Shown here one piece after another: positions 1 through 13,657 of a DNA stretch of 64,000 bases. Under the pieces are notes generated by a model. It saw only the letters and a list, made by a program, of their open reading frames with translations, did not search any database and was not told the origin of the DNA. Each line of letters starts with the position of its first letter. Within the stretch, counting starts at the first letter, position 1. This DNA comes from Octopus sinensis (taxonomy: Eukaryota), in assembly GCF_006345805.1 (NCBI RefSeq), contig NC_043005.1, forward strand, positions 92,814,001-92,878,000. Reading direction: 5' to 3'. Made by a program: the position numbers and the translations under genes.

Positions 1-276
1 AGTGGACAAAAAAAAAAAATCAAAAATCATCTTATATTTTGGTCTTATATTTTGAAAGTGTCTAAAATACGTTTTCCTCAAGTGTTTTAGTTGGCTTTGT
101 AAATTTGTTGAAGAACTGTTCTTATTACTTTTGAAAGCAACCTGTTTCAAATTACCCTAAGAGGGAAAATTATTATTGTAGAACTTTTAAATTTCTGTGT
201 GGCATCAAGCCAATTTTTCTGTGGGGAGTAACCCCAAAAATCTGTGTGTTTGGCGTTGGCCATTTTCTGTAACTTG

Positions 277-1375
277 ATGGAGTCTGAAAGTTATACTCTG
301 AAACTGTCACCAGTATCATCGGTGGAATCACTATTGTCTTGAACTATGCAAACACCAGTCATGTTGCCACAAAATGTGGCAGCATAAAAGAAAAGAAATA
401 TGGATGTACCCAGTTTGTCTACCGGTGAGTCACCCGTGACTCCGTCGGCAGCATCGCCTAAAAGTTTTGCAGCAACAGCTAGAGAGAAAAGAAAAGACAT
501 AACTATAGAAAAAAAGAAGTTACCAAGTATAAAGAGAAGCTAATAAAGGAGGAGTCAGAGGTCAAAGTGGCCCCTTCAACCTGCATAATGGAAAACCTGA
601 ATAAAACAGCTATTGTGTACAAAACGTTCAATGTAAAAAGCACAAAAAATAGATAAGGTGTTGGAAGAAGTGGTGGAGAAGTGTCTAAAGCCGATATGGC
701 AAGATATCGCTTACCTAACGAGAGGAAAAAAGTTTGTGATGATTGAAGTAAGGATGGCTATGGAGGAGATGGCAAAGCATCACTCCACAATAACCTTAAA
801 AACAGAAGACTTCTCCTCCCCATGGGGAGGAGAACTTTAAGGATAGCAAATATCCCACCAGAAGTGGATGCTGCTCCTGTTTGAGAAGATTACACTCGTC
901 CAAGCTACTATGGTTACAGAAAAACAGAAATGGCAAGGGCAAAGCTTCAATATCATGATACAAGTGGAGCCCCTGACACAAGAAGAGATATGGGAGGTGA
1001 TTCAGGTGGGAGAGGCCAGATTGGTTGTCTCTGTAGAAGGACGTAAGACCAGGTGCAAGAAAGACCACTTAAGGGCCGAGTGCAACCCTCCTTAGGAAGA
1101 GCTGGATGAGGAAGAGGAGGAGGAAAAGACGATAACTGAGTCTGCAACACCAACTCCAGAAAGCAGCAGCAAAGAGAAAAGGAAGGGATGGTCAACAGTG
1201 AAAAAAAGGATCACTCGAACCTCCCCTTAAAAACCTACCAACAACAACAACCATAAAATTAAAGGAGCAAAGAAACCACCCATTGAAATGGACAACTTGA
1301 TGGTGGTGAGAACATCAAACAACAGACTACTAAGCCTTTTGGCAGTCGGGGTGACTGCCAAAAGGCATGGCTGAA
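277..1375 (+). pseudogene. Decayed Tx1-like ORF1 (gag-like, zinc-knuckle remnant)
   Basis: ATG at 277, then SPKSFAATAREK. VSVEGRKTRCKKDHLRAECNPP (about 1025-1092) is a degenerate CCHC knuckle followed by an acidic/basic low-complexity tail. Multiple stops and frameshifts. Confidence 0.6.
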
Positions 1376-1439
1376 CACTCATCAAAAGACTATCACATCT
1401 ACCAAATTGACGGAAAAAATAAAATAGAATAAAAAATGA

Positions 1440-2482
1440 TTTCAGGGATGATGTAGGCCCATTGCAGAAAGATTTCTTGCCACTAACAACGTGTTTATCG
1501 CATCGATCATCGTCTACCTCCTAACCATCATTCCTTATCTGGCTTTGTGGTTAATCAAGCTGGAAAGACAGCTCTTCTGCTTCTTGTGGAAGGGCTCAAA
1601 GTCCCTTGTGAGATGCTCTATTTGCTGTCAAAAACTGTTAAAAGGTGGACTAGGGATGCCTTAGCTGTTGATGCGCAAACATGTGCTGAGTCTGAGGCAT
1701 CTGTAGCTCCTCCTGGATGGTAAACTGGTGTGGGCTCCACTTGCGCAATGGATGTTTCCTGGTTTCACTAGTTTTGGTGGACAGGAAGCCTAGTTCTTTC
1801 ATAGATCAAAGTTGGGTACATGGTTTACTGAGTGTCACAAGGTTCTCCTGCTATTCCATCACTCGGGCAAGGCCAGCAGTGGTGGTTCAACCGCATCTTT
1901 TATAGTGGGTTTGTAGAGTCTGAACGGGATGATAGTTTGGGGGAAGCCTTGGGTCTCAATGATAATCAGCTAGACAGTCTGTTCCAATGTACATTCAGGC
2001 TGAAGACACTGGATAACTTCCAGAAGTCTCTGGTTTGGCAGTGTTACTGAGGAGCCTTACCTGTTTGGGATAAGCTCACATGACAGAGTTATCCCGGCCC
2101 ACCAACCTGTCCAAGATGTGAGCAGGAGAGAGAAACCATCCTGCGTGCTATTGTTCAGTGTTCAGAGGTGTCAGAAGTGTGGGCTTATGCTGAACAACTG
2201 TTGTCTGGTACAGGAAGAGTACAGCTGTCATGTGAGTCAATTCTAAAAATTGACCCACCTGTTTCCTTAACGAAAGAAGGTAAGAATTGTTTTCTCATTG
2301 TAGTAGCAATCATGAAAGAGGTGATTTGGAAGTTGAGAATGAAAGGGACAATGACAGGCAGCTTTGTCTTTGACCCTGGTCTGGTGAATTTTTGCGCTTT
2401 TCCCCTAAAAAGAAAAGAGAGAAGATGCTTGTCAGTGAAAATGTTTAAAGATCGATGGATGCATGTAGTACGAGTGCTGTGA
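1440..2482 (+). pseudogene. Decayed L1/Tx1 ORF2 C-terminal part (thumb to cysteine-rich domain)
   Basis: LERQLFCFLWKGSKSLVRCSICCQKLLKGGLGMP (about 1560-1662) and PTCPRCEQERETILRAIVQC...VWAYAEQLL (about 2100-2200) match L1-clade post-RT motifs. No EN or RT core motifs are present. Confidence 0.75.
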
Positions 2483-2853
2483 GTGAATGAAACCATATAA
2501 ATGCACCAAAGGACTTATCACTGGTATCAGTGGGAAAACGGGGCTTGTGGGGTCCAAGCTGAACTTGTTTCTTCATTCCATCTGTATTGTCTCTCGTCTG
2601 TTCATCATTGCGTTTGTTTATTAATTTTTTATTTTTAAATTCATAAATTTGTGTAAATTCATCCGATTTACCTGTAAATTCATCCGATTGTCCCTCTTAT
2701 GTCAGCGCCTTGTGGGCAATAAAAATTCAATTATTATATTTTGGTCTGTCCAGTTTTATTTTGTCATATTTTATTCTTATACATCCATTCAATACTCAAC
2801 GACCAACTGAAATTTCCCCATGTTATGCCTTCCTGGATTTTACCATGAGAAAG

Positions 2854-2932
2854 GAACCCTGAGGAAGGAAATGTTTTTATTTGGATTATTTCCTACAGCC
2901 CCTTAAAACTTTTCTGGAACAGCTGTAGGTTT
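2854..2932 (+). ncRNA. Minimal type-I hammerhead ribozyme motif H1 (one core substitution)
   Basis: GAACC-CUGAGGA-AGGAA...UUUCU-GGAA-CAGCUGU-A-GGUUU. Stem I has 5 bp, stem III is the perfect palindrome ACAGCUGU, and GAAA reads GGAA. Confidence 0.6.
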
Positions 2933-3204
2933 GGATTGATCCTTTCAATTGCCTCCTTTAATCTATTCTAACTATTTTTTCTACTTTCATGGCACTTCTT
3001 ATATTTTTTATATATTTTTACGTTTTTTTTAATGTTTATATTCTTATTTTATATATTTTTATTGTCTATGTCTCGATATAAATATGTGGTTATATGAATG
3101 GAATATTATCTCGTGTCATACATCAGAATTATAAATTTGCTTGTCTGAATGTTTAAGACAAATATCTGAAATTTTTATCTTATGCCAAATTTTATGTGCA
3201 TGCA

Positions 3205-3322
3205 TGCACACACACACACACACATGCACTTGCACACACCCACATATACGCATACTAACACAAATGCATGCACATACACATTTATATATATATATATATA
3301 GAAAGAGAGAGAGAGAGAGAGA
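3205..3322. repeat. Compound (CA)n/(TA)n/(GA)n microsatellite
   Basis: Directly visible. Confidence 0.95.
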
Positions 3323-3896
3323 TAAAGGTATTATAGCCAATGAAGACAGTATATCTCTGATCCTATTAATCTTGTCCTTCTGTTTTATAAACTCTGTGAT
3401 ACATGAATAATTAGTTATCGCAGGCAATAACAACATAATTAGTGAAGAGAATGCTCTTCTAAAAATAACTCGAAATATCAACGAAGACAATGTAAACAAA
3501 GAAATTTAATGGAATCTAGTAAATCCTGTTAATAGAAGAGGGAAGTAATGGATTAATTAGTTTGTTGTGAGTTAAGCATACTAATTAGCCTCTCTGGATA
3601 TACAGTGTTCATTTGGTTGTTGTTTATTATTATAAACACTGTCACATAAGCCAGACACTGCTTCTTTGTCTTACATTCTTGGCAAGAACATTTCTTAATT
3701 GCTAGCCTGGTCTTCTATTGTTGGGAGTAAAAATTATTCCAAAAATCTTAGATTATGAAGGCATTGCAAAGAAGAGGGGTCAGCAGTCCTGACTGGCTAT
3801 TGAAGAGAATTTACTATAAATTGGTCTTTTCGAATGTTTGCTAAAATTCACTATCATCATCATCATCACTGTCTCCTTTCCATTTTCTTGTAATTT

Positions 3897-4319
3897 TCTT
3901 TTATTTGTTTCAGTCATTAGATTGTGGCCATACAGGGGCATCACTTTGAAGAATTTTAGTTAAACAAGTCGACCCCGGTATTTTTTTGTTTTTAAGACGG
4001 GTACTTGTTCTATCGGTCTCTTTTGCTGAACTGCTAATTTACAAGGACGTAAACACACCCACACCAGTTGTCAAGGGATGGTGGGGAAGAAACACAGACA
4101 CAAAGGCATACACACATTTACATATATACACACGCACACACATACATGCACTCACATACACGACGGGCTTCTTTCAGTTTCTGTCTACCAAATCCACCCA
4201 CAAGGATTTGGTCAGCCTCAGACTATAGTAGACGACACTTGCCCCAAGTTCCTTGCAGGGGACTGAAACCAGAACCATGTGGTTGGGGAGCAAAGTTCTT
4301 ACCGCACAGCCATGCCTGC
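3897..4319 (-). mobile_element. tRNA-headed SINE family A, full length, with internal microsatellite and CR1/L2-like tail
   Basis: Reverse complement starts GCAGGCATGGCTGTGCGGTAAG (A box) then GGTTTCAGTCCC (B box), body GGATTTGGTAGACAGAAACTGAAAGAAGCCCGTCG, a (TG/TA)n tract, and tail ATGGCCACAATCTAATGACTGAAAC. Confidence 0.85.
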
Positions 4320-4498
4320 AGCTACGGACATATTATGGTCTGACTTGCTTCCCATTGGGAGCGGCAGATCTCAAATACTAGGCCCTCCATCATGTTACTT
4401 AACTTGGTTTCTACAGCTGGATGCGTTTCCAAACACCAACCATTTTGCAGAGTATACAAACGCTGGAAATGGAGAGACTGAATAATCCTTCATATGTC

Positions 4499-4650
4499 TT
4501 TATTGCCCACAAGGGGCTAAACATAGAGGGGACAAACAAGGACAAGCAAAGGCATTATGTCGATTACATCGACCCCAATGCATAACTGGTACTTAATTTA
4601 TCGACCCTGAAAGGATGAAAGGCAAAGTCGATCTCGGCGGAATTTAAATA
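4499..4650 (-). mobile_element. SINE family B, 3' part
   Basis: Matches the full copies at 13423-13657 and 28097-28328. Confidence 0.85.
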
Positions 4651-4853
4651 ATCCTTCATGGCACAACACTAGATGGACCTCATAAGACTTGATCTCACAA
4701 CCTTGCACTTTTTCTGCTCCTTTAGCTGACCACTTTACAGTGTGAACAGTTGGTTGGGTTGAGGGACATTGTGTGCACAGACTAAAACTAATTAAAACCA
4801 GCATATTTTAACTTAGTATTTCATGTTATATAAACTATAAAAGCTCCATAAAG

Positions 4854-4885
<32 letters not shown>

Positions 4886-5530
4886 GTATGAGAAGTATGC
4901 ATCCTTTCTAATTTTGTTATCAGTTTTGTTTAGAATGTAATGACAATTACAAGATAAAAATCTATATTGATCTTTGGAGTATATTCTTTGAAATAGTTTT
5001 TGTTTTTTATTCAGTGACTTGAAAAGGGTCTAGTAACTATAGAACAAAATGCTTGATGCTGGTAAAATACCAATTGTAGGCAAACAGCATTGAAATTATA
5101 TTGCAACACAAATCAATTCTTCTGTAGTGTAATCTGGAATTCAACTTGAGTTTCTCTTCCTTTCCAATAGCCCTATATGCAAGCAATTCATATCACTCTG
5201 CAATGAAATGGTTACAATCAATAATTCCTTACACTTCTACTGAGAAGTAGGGAGCTTTCAGAGTATGAGTTTGTATTGGATGGAGAAAATAGCATAATAT
5301 TTTTTTAGAAACATTACAAAACAAAGATATAATCCATTGTAAAATATCAAATTCATATTAAAATGCACAGGCATAGATTAGTAAAATGACATGTAGACGT
5401 AACAACAGTAAATTCATACATGCATATCTATAACGTTCTCTATGCTATGCTGCAAATGGTTGTGCAACTTTATTATAATTTGCTTTTAATGATTAGTTTT
5501 AAACTAATACAAGTTGGATGGTACTGCAAA

Positions 5531-5534
<4 letters not shown>

Positions 5535-5585
<51 letters not shown>
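5535..5585. repeat. (TA)n microsatellite
   Basis: Directly visible. Confidence 0.95.
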
Positions 5586-5587
<2 letters not shown>

Positions 5588-6021
5588 GAGAGAAAGAGAG
5601 GTTTCTGTGTACTTACACAGATATTGTTATAGTTTAATGAATTTCCCTAATACAAACCTTATCTATGAAGTGGAAGTGTTGCTTAGATTTTTCATTTGTT
5701 AGAGACAGTATGTTGAGTTAAATAAACATTTTGAATTTTGGAGGATTTGGCTTGTAGAATGTATTCATTTAAAGATTTAGCAGTTGTTCTTAACAGAATA
5801 TGTTAATTTCTTAGAAGCAGCTTAAATTCTATAAGGATTTGTTAGCAGAAATTCGAGAAAGGCAGGTCTTTTCTCAAAGCAAAATAAGTGGAGCACTTGA
5901 AATCTAAGAAGTGATTTCTGATTGGTTTTGTTGGGAAATTACTGAAGGGTGCCATCATGTGAGGTGCTTTAGAGCAAGTGGTGATCTTTTGGTGAAGGAG
6001 ATTACTCATTTCATTTGATAC

Positions 6022-6165
6022 AGGCATAGCTGTGTGATTAAGAGGACCACTTCAAAGCCATATGGTTTCAGGTTCAGTTCCACTGCACAGCACCTTCAGT
6101 GAGTGTCTTCTACTATAGCACTGGACCAAATAATGTCTTCAGAGTAAATCTGGTTGATACATCAA
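6022..6165 (+). mobile_element. SINE family A head and body, diverged
   Basis: CAGGCATAGCTGTGTGATTAAG...GGTTCAGTTCCAC...GTGTCTTCTACTATAGC resembles the 3897-4319 copy. Confidence 0.7.
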
Positions 6166-7663
6166 CCAAATTTGGTTGATGTATCAAATTTGATATAAAA
6201 TCTGTATAAAACAAATTGAATATCATCATTGACATCATCATCATCATCATTGTTTATTATTCCTTATCCATTTCCATGTTGGAATGGGTTCAACAATATC
6301 TGATGAGTTGGGAGACTGCGTCAAGCTCCATAGGGATGTATGAGTGTGTGTGTGTGTGCACATGTATATATGCACATGCTTGTGTATCTATGTGTTGGTT
6401 TACATTTGTGTTTCTGGGAAATCACTCAGCTACAAATGGTGACATTATTGTTGGTTCTCCTTGAATCTACTCAGGTCAACTTTTCCTCTCATCCTTTTGG
6501 GTTCAATAGAACAATTACCAGTAGGGGACTGTGTCAATGTTTTTGACTGACCCTCTTCTCCCAAGTTACAGTCCTAAAGTAGAAAAAAACTATTGTCACT
6601 TCAACAAATTGTCAGTTAGTTCCGTACTTTTGAAGATGTATGTAATGAGATTCTTTAGTTGGGAAACAGGTAAGAGTTAGAGCCAAGAAGGGCATTCACC
6701 TGTAAAACAAGCCTCAATAATATACATTTTTTTAACCCCTGAAAGCATGGAAAAATTAATGAAAAAAATTAACAGTTAATGATCTTTAAAAAAACAAACT
6801 TCACATAAACTCATTCCCTTTCCTTATAAATTTGTGTCCTTGTACTTAACTAAGACGACCTCCATATTTGTGTTATTCAGTTTTCTGTCTTCTTCCTCAC
6901 TGACGTTAAATTTGCTTTTTCTTCTCTCATAAATTTGAAAAAAACATCCTGAAGTGAATTGAAGTGATTATTAATAAATGTTCATTAATAAATGTTTATT
7001 AATAATTTAACTTCAAACAAATTCTGCTGTAGACTTATAAAGCATTGGATTAAAAACATTTTAGATGGAGAAAAAGCTGTGGGATTTGAACCACAACAGC
7101 TTTTGTAACCTAGGCAGCTGAATCTGTGTTGAGGTATATCATTAATAAAAGACTTATGAACATAATTCTAGGTGCTTCAACATTTCAAAGCGTTTCAATA
7201 GGATTATCTTTTATCTTTTGCAACTGGAGTTTTGTGCTTCGTCAAGGCATTCTGTCATAGAAAATATGTATTCAGTTGATTTTTTTTTTTTTTTGCTGTG
7301 TATTTATGCCTTAAATTGTGTTAATGTAGCTAAGTGACTGTAGACAATGGCTTTAAAATAGATAACTAGAGTTAAATATTCAGTCTTGTAATAAAAATTA
7401 TTAGTTTATATTCATTACAAAATGTTGCCATTACTTCAAGCCCCTTTGTCAATGAAGTTAAATCCCATCATCTCAGCCATTGTGTAACTTTATTGCCTTT
7501 CCATGAATGTCTCTTCTGATTGCAATCTCTTTATATTTAACACTACGTTATCTTCGTGTTTTCTTCATTTCATCACCATAACAATTGCATCCAACTTCAG
7601 CCGATCACTGCTCCAACATCCTCCCTACTTTCAACTCCAGCACAAGTGATGACTTGTTTCCCA

Positions 7664-7664
<1 letters not shown>

Positions 7665-7734
<70 letters not shown>

Positions 7735-7765
7735 ATTATTATCATTATTATTATTATCATTATTG

Positions 7766-7811
<46 letters not shown>

Positions 7812-7815
7812 AACA
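7665..7815. repeat. (ATT)n(ACT)n trinucleotide microsatellite
   Basis: Directly visible. It is the source of the poly-I/T/N/V ORFs in the track. Confidence 0.95.
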
Positions 7816-7889
7816 ACCATGAAAGCAGTGAACTGATAGAATTGTTAACATGCCACAAGAAGTTGTTAGTGGTATTTATTTCATCTGTT

Positions 7890-8050
7890 TACACATTCTG
7901 AGTTCAAATTCTGTCAAGGTCAACTTTGCCTTCTATCCATTTGGGGTTGATAAATTAAGTACCAGTTGCGTACTGTGGTTAATGTAATTCACTATATCCT
8001 ACCCCCCACATTTCAGGCCTTGTGCCTATATAAGAAAGGATAATTATTAT
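7890..8050 (+). mobile_element. SINE family B variant with alternative tail (B2)
   Basis: B core GAGTTCAAATTC...CAACTTTGCCTTCTATCCATTTGGGGTTGATAAATTAAGTACCAG followed by tail CCCCCCACATTTCAGGCCTTGTGCC. The same tail occurs at 35263-35450. Confidence 0.75.
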
Positions 8051-10057
8051 TACCATGGCAAACATTACAATAATGACTCCAAGCACCTTTATTACTAACG
8101 ATGCTGCTCCTGCCATTATTCTAACTTGTGATCACTGCAGGTATCCTCATCACCACTAAAAAGGATAATAGCCTCCATTACATCATCATTACCTATATCA
8201 CTCAATAGTTTTATTTAAAAATGATTTAAGAATTGAATTAATGCCATAATATTCCTAATTAAATATCTGTACGTGCAATTATTTATGTTATGGCCCACCA
8301 TTGGTCTCATACGATAAAAGACATAATGGTTCATTGAGCAAAGTCCTGTTTGATGGTCCTTCTGCTTGTGAGTGTCCATCTCACAAAAAATATTACATTT
8401 AATTTATAAGCAAGTTATTTAGTTTTCTCACTCTACAACAGTCTTAAAATCATACATATTGCAGTTATTTCTTTGTTTTGTAGAAAGTATTTAGGATAAT
8501 GCTATCTCCATAATATCTTGCTTAGATAATCGTTTGTTCAAAATTTAATTAAGCACGAGCACATATTTGGATAATTTCAATCAAAGGTATTGCTTTTCAA
8601 CTGATTCTTAAATTCACAATAATCCTAAATAAGATTAACAATGCACATTTCTGTGTCAAAGACCCTACATAGGCCAGTTATCAAAGCCATCGAAACTAAA
8701 ATAGATTTGTCTATTAATACCACTGCCACTGCCATAGTCACTACCGAAAACAAAAAATAGCCACAACAACTACATTATTCATTTGGCAGTTTATTGTCCA
8801 AGAATGACCATCTTTCCAACTGCAGCTCAAATGATTGCAACAGCAAAATGTAATTCAGCATAAAGTGTTATGGATTTGGAAGGAATCCAAAAACGATGTG
8901 AATTGATTGTTTGAAGCAGATATGGAAAATTTTACTGGAAAGGAATAGTAATAGAGAAATGCTGCTCCCTTTGTTTTTTTCCAACTTGTTTCTATTTATT
9001 TTCATCTGGGAGATAAATATATTTTAGTCTATTAAGAGTGTATCTGAAACATATATATATATTTGTGTATCTATATTGGTGCATTACATCTGGTATTGGA
9101 AACATTTCATTACCCCACCCCTACATCCTACCTATACTGCCTTACTGGCTATTTGATATCAACATCCATCACTCATTCTCGTCATTAATCCACCTCTTGC
9201 AGTCCATTCTTTCCTCAGCCCTATCCGTGCTAATTCTGGTGCCACAATCAAATCCATTCAGTACACTCTGCTTTGTGTAGGCATTTGAGAATCCTTTAAT
9301 CCTGTTAAAGACATAATAGTGCCGGCACCACGAAAAAATGCATCGAGTACACTTTGTAAAATGACTGGCATTTGAAAGGACATTCAGCTGTCGAATCCAT
9401 GCCAGAAATGGAACTTACAAGTGATTCCCCCAACCCATCAGTGAGAGCCGGCTGATCTTGTTGAACCTATACCAGCATGGAAAGAAAACTTAAAATGACA
9501 ATGATGATAAGAGTTCTTTGTGATTAAGATGTCTTTCAAACTATTTAATAAGCTATCAGAAATGGTAGAAGACTGGCTTAAATGCCATACTCTATTTCCT
9601 TTAATTCCTCTCTGTTCTGATCTAAAATCTGAACCTAAAACACTTATACGATTAGATGGGATCCAATATTAAACAGACCAAATCATCATACATAAAGATA
9701 ATTTCCTAAATTGGTGACAGAGTTAAGAACTGTCTTTTTGTCTTTTTTTGGTATTTTGTGTGTGTAAGCACACTTGCTGAGTCTGTGACTTTTTCAAGCC
9801 ATCTGCAAAAGGCAAGCTCAATGCTGCTCTGTTTAAACCACTTGTAGGTCAACACTTCTAGGAAAGGCTTCAACAAAGAGAAGATTCTAGAGGGACAATA
9901 ATTTGAAGAGGAAGGCCTGAATGTAGTAGTTAGTGTGGAGTTAGGGAAGGGTTTTCGATGTAACAAGGATGGTGAAATGGGGAAGGAGATCTGAATGTAC
10001 TAATTGAAAAAATCCTTTTCAAATTTCAAATTTCCATTTGAGTTATGCTGTTTTGCT

Positions 10058-10111
<54 letters not shown>

Positions 10112-10399
10112 AATATATATATAAAAATGTGCCATTGATTTCTGAAGGCTTATTCAATTATCTGATATTTCTTTCTAATGATGATGACCCTTCTCAGACT
10201 GACCATGTTTGTGCTATCTCCCAGAACAGGGATAAAATTCATGTGAGAATTCTGATACTAGCATTGAAATGTAATTTGGTCTAATTAGCACATCAATACC
10301 TCCTTTAATTAGCTTCAACTACACAATTTTCTTTTGTCTTTTTATCTTTTCTCTCTCTCTCTCTCTCACTGCTTATCTATTATATAGATCTGTTATTGT

Positions 10400-11230
10400 T
10401 GTTGTTCTTCCAGCGATCATTGAGATGAGCCTCATTACACCACATCAAGAATCTCAGTCGTTTTGGTAGGTCCTCAGTTTCCTGTTATGTGTCTCAGCCA
10501 ATAACCTCAATATGGTGAGTAATCTTTGTCCTCTATTAAGGGATGGAAATTTCAAAAAGCCTAACACCTAATATGGCCTGGTGTTCAGCATGACAGCAGT
10601 GACCAACTAAGCCTACCTGGCATTAAGGAACAGCAGCAGAGGGGGTGGAATGAGTTCGTAAGTCTACACATTGGTCTTGTGATCATGCCATGAGATTTTT
10701 TGAGTACTTACGAGAAGCTTGATGTCCATATTAATCATCAAAACAATCTTAAAGTTCCTTCTTCATAATCCAGCTTTTGGCTCCAAGAATTCTGAGCACC
10801 TCACATTCCTTCTCTGCTGCATGGCATGCTGTCCCAAGACTTCTACTTTTAAATGTTTGATTCCACTTTTAAAGATGGCTTTTTTTCATTGGTTGTTTGT
10901 ATTGCTACTTCAATGGGAATTCAGTAATTTAATAATTATTTTCTTATTTTGTGTTGTTGAGTGTCATAATTAATGTCATAATCCGTTTTGGAAGACAAAT
11001 TATGACATTAACGAACTTGTAGTGGTGGCCACACAGAAAGGAATGATCTTGTTGCTATTTATATTGTTACAAAGAGATGCACAGACTTTTTAAAATTGCA
11101 TTTGTTATTCAATGGCAATTGCAGATGTCTGCAGGCATTTGCTCGTTCATATCTGTCCTTGGGATGTTCTTTTGTAGTTTTTGTTTAGTAACTCTCTTCA
11201 CTTTCTTCTGTTTTAGTCATGGAGGCCCAA
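10400..11230 (-). mobile_element. Highly decayed RTE-like LINE fragments
   Basis: (AAC)n-like end near 10395-10410 and weak endonuclease-like peptides (ITNAIL, QQDHSFLC) on the minus strand. Confidence 0.3.
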
Positions 11231-13422
11231 AATAAAAACAGAGGTGGTACGACTAGTTGTTGGGAGTGACAAAGGGATGTGTGCGATCAGGAATTTGGTT
11301 GCAGGGATCAGAATTGTTAGTGTTTATTGCTGAATACATTGATGTATCTAGGGTGATGTCAGTTATAGTGGTTTCTGCTGAGGATGATGATGATGACAAC
11401 CAAGTTCATTGTGAATTGTTAATTTAAGTGATTTAAGAAAAAAAAATTCTTTGTCTTATCAATTTGTTGTTTTTATTTTGTGTTCCTATTTCTTTCTCTA
11501 ATCTTTGAATTATGAAATTTCGTCTTTTTGCGGTGGGCGAGTGGAGGTGTATGTTGTGTTATCTATCAGTTAATATAGGATTTTCATCAGTTTCCAAATA
11601 AAATATTTTATTTGTGACTTAGTCAAGTTTCTTATGTTCTTTGAGACAATTTAAATAAACTACTCAAGAAGCCATTATTGAACTAAAATGCAGTTGAGAC
11701 AGTGCCTGGTTAGCTTTCCTTATCCTGTGCTTTATGTTTAGTTTGAACCCTCAATTTCGATTTCTCCTCTAGACGAGTTCTACACTTTATTCCTCTCAGT
11801 TGATAAGTAAAGGTAATATAGTCAAATACAACTTCCCCCTATTTCTTCCCTCCCTTTTATGCTATTATACTTAAGGGGGCCATAGACATTATAGCATTGG
11901 TAACATTTGCTTTCTGATATCTTACATGGTGATTATTCCAAATTCAAATACTTTGCTTTTCATCTCTAGTTAGAAAATAAATATCAGTTTTATAAAGTGT
12001 GCAATTTGACTACAATATTTTCATTTTTTTTTTTTTATAAAGAAGAGATTTTTTTTGTGCCTCAGTAAAAGCAATCATTATATTAACTACAAGTATTGTA
12101 TTGTGCTCTGAAGTAAGATAATTCTACTTTGTCTGAGGTTCCATGGCTATTAAACAAATCATTATTATCCTAAATGTATTGTGAATTGTTTTGGCTATTC
12201 TCATTGTTTGGGTTTGAATTATTATCCTTATCATCAAAATTGTCATTACAAAACAGTTCTTTTTGTGTGTGCATCTATACAATAATTTGGTGGTAAGTCT
12301 TCATAAACCATCTTTCTAATTTCAAGTTCAGTAACTATACTTCTCTCATGAGAAACGTATAAAGATCATAATTCCGATTTCAACTCTCTTAATATTCTCA
12401 GGCATTATGCTTATGTAATAAAACATAATGCATTTTCATTTATATCTATTTCAATCCCATTTATATTGTAATAGCTGCGTTTTGCCACCATATTACTTGA
12501 TATTTCTGATTCTAGTTATTTTCTTGAATAACAAAAATTACTTTAGAGTGGCCATTTTAAAAAATATCATCTCTTAACATACCATTTACCAGCAACGTTC
12601 AATGAATTCTTGATTTTCTTGTCACCTGTCTGTCTTCTTTTCTTTTACAACTTCTATTTTAAACTATTTTAATTCAATTTTCATATTTTCACATCACCCC
12701 ATCTACATCTTTATCAGTTTTAACAGATGTTTACTTCATACCAGATACTTTAGTTGGATCTGTGCAATAATTACTTTCCATTGATTATTTCATATATGAG
12801 ACTTTTCCTCTTAAAATATAATCTAAATATTTCTTGTATCTAGTTTCCCTCTTACCTGCTATTCCAAATGATGTCATCAACAGGTATTATCTATTCTCAT
12901 TATAACTCTGCATCTACTGTCAAGAAGTGGGATAGTGTTAGGGATCAACAGGTACTGCCTTTGGTACCTTACACTGGCAGAATACGAGTTAAGAGTACCT
13001 TATACTATTTCATTTGCCCCTTTGTATTCTATTTTTCAAATTCTGCTACTTGACTTTACCTTTGGCCCTTCAGAGGCTTTCATAGCTTCTAGACCAACAA
13101 TATCCCATTCCCTTGATAAAAATTGATCACGTCCCTAGTCATAAATTATGTTTTCGTCAAATTCACTCATCTTGCTCATTTACATTTATTCATATTAAAT
13201 TTGTTTGATGCTCACTAAATTTCTTCTATCAGGTTTTTATAAATATTTTATCGCCCCCCCCCCCCGATCCTCACCAATTACTTTTAATCTTAGAGAAATA
13301 AGTATTAAGTATCAGTTCATTATCAGAGTAATTAAGCATGGTTTATGTTTTTAGCTTTCTAAGTTTCTGAAATAATAATAGTAATAATGATGATGATGAT
13401 GATGGTGGTGGTGGCAGCAGTA

Positions 13423-13657
13423 CCTATTTCTTTACTACCCACAAGGGGTTAAACACAGAGAGGACAAACAAGGACAGACAGATGGATTAAGTCGATTATA
13501 TCAACCCAGTGCGTAACTGGTACTTAATTTATTGACTCCGAAAGGATGAAAGGCAAAGTCAACCTCAGCAGAACTTGAACTCAGAACGTAACGGAAGACG
13601 AAATACGGCTATGCATTTCACCCAGTATGCTAACGTTTCTGCCAGCTCGCCGCCTTC
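13423..13657 (-). mobile_element. tRNA-headed SINE family B, full length
   Basis: Reverse complement AAGGCGGCGAGCTGGCAGAAACGTTAGC...GAGTTCAAGTTC...CTTGTGGGTAGTAAAGAAATAG. Near-identical copies at 28097 and 55266. Confidence 0.9.

Larger units (their letters stand above)
46..2733 (+). mobile_element. Tx1/L1-clade non-LTR retrotransposon, internally deleted (ORF1 plus ORF2 C-terminus only)
   Basis: Exact 14-bp direct repeat TTATATTTTGGTCT at 32-45 and 2734-2747 (TSD). ORF1-like and ORF2-like decayed frames lie inside, and an AATAAA/A-rich end lies near 2718-2730. Confidence 0.8.
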
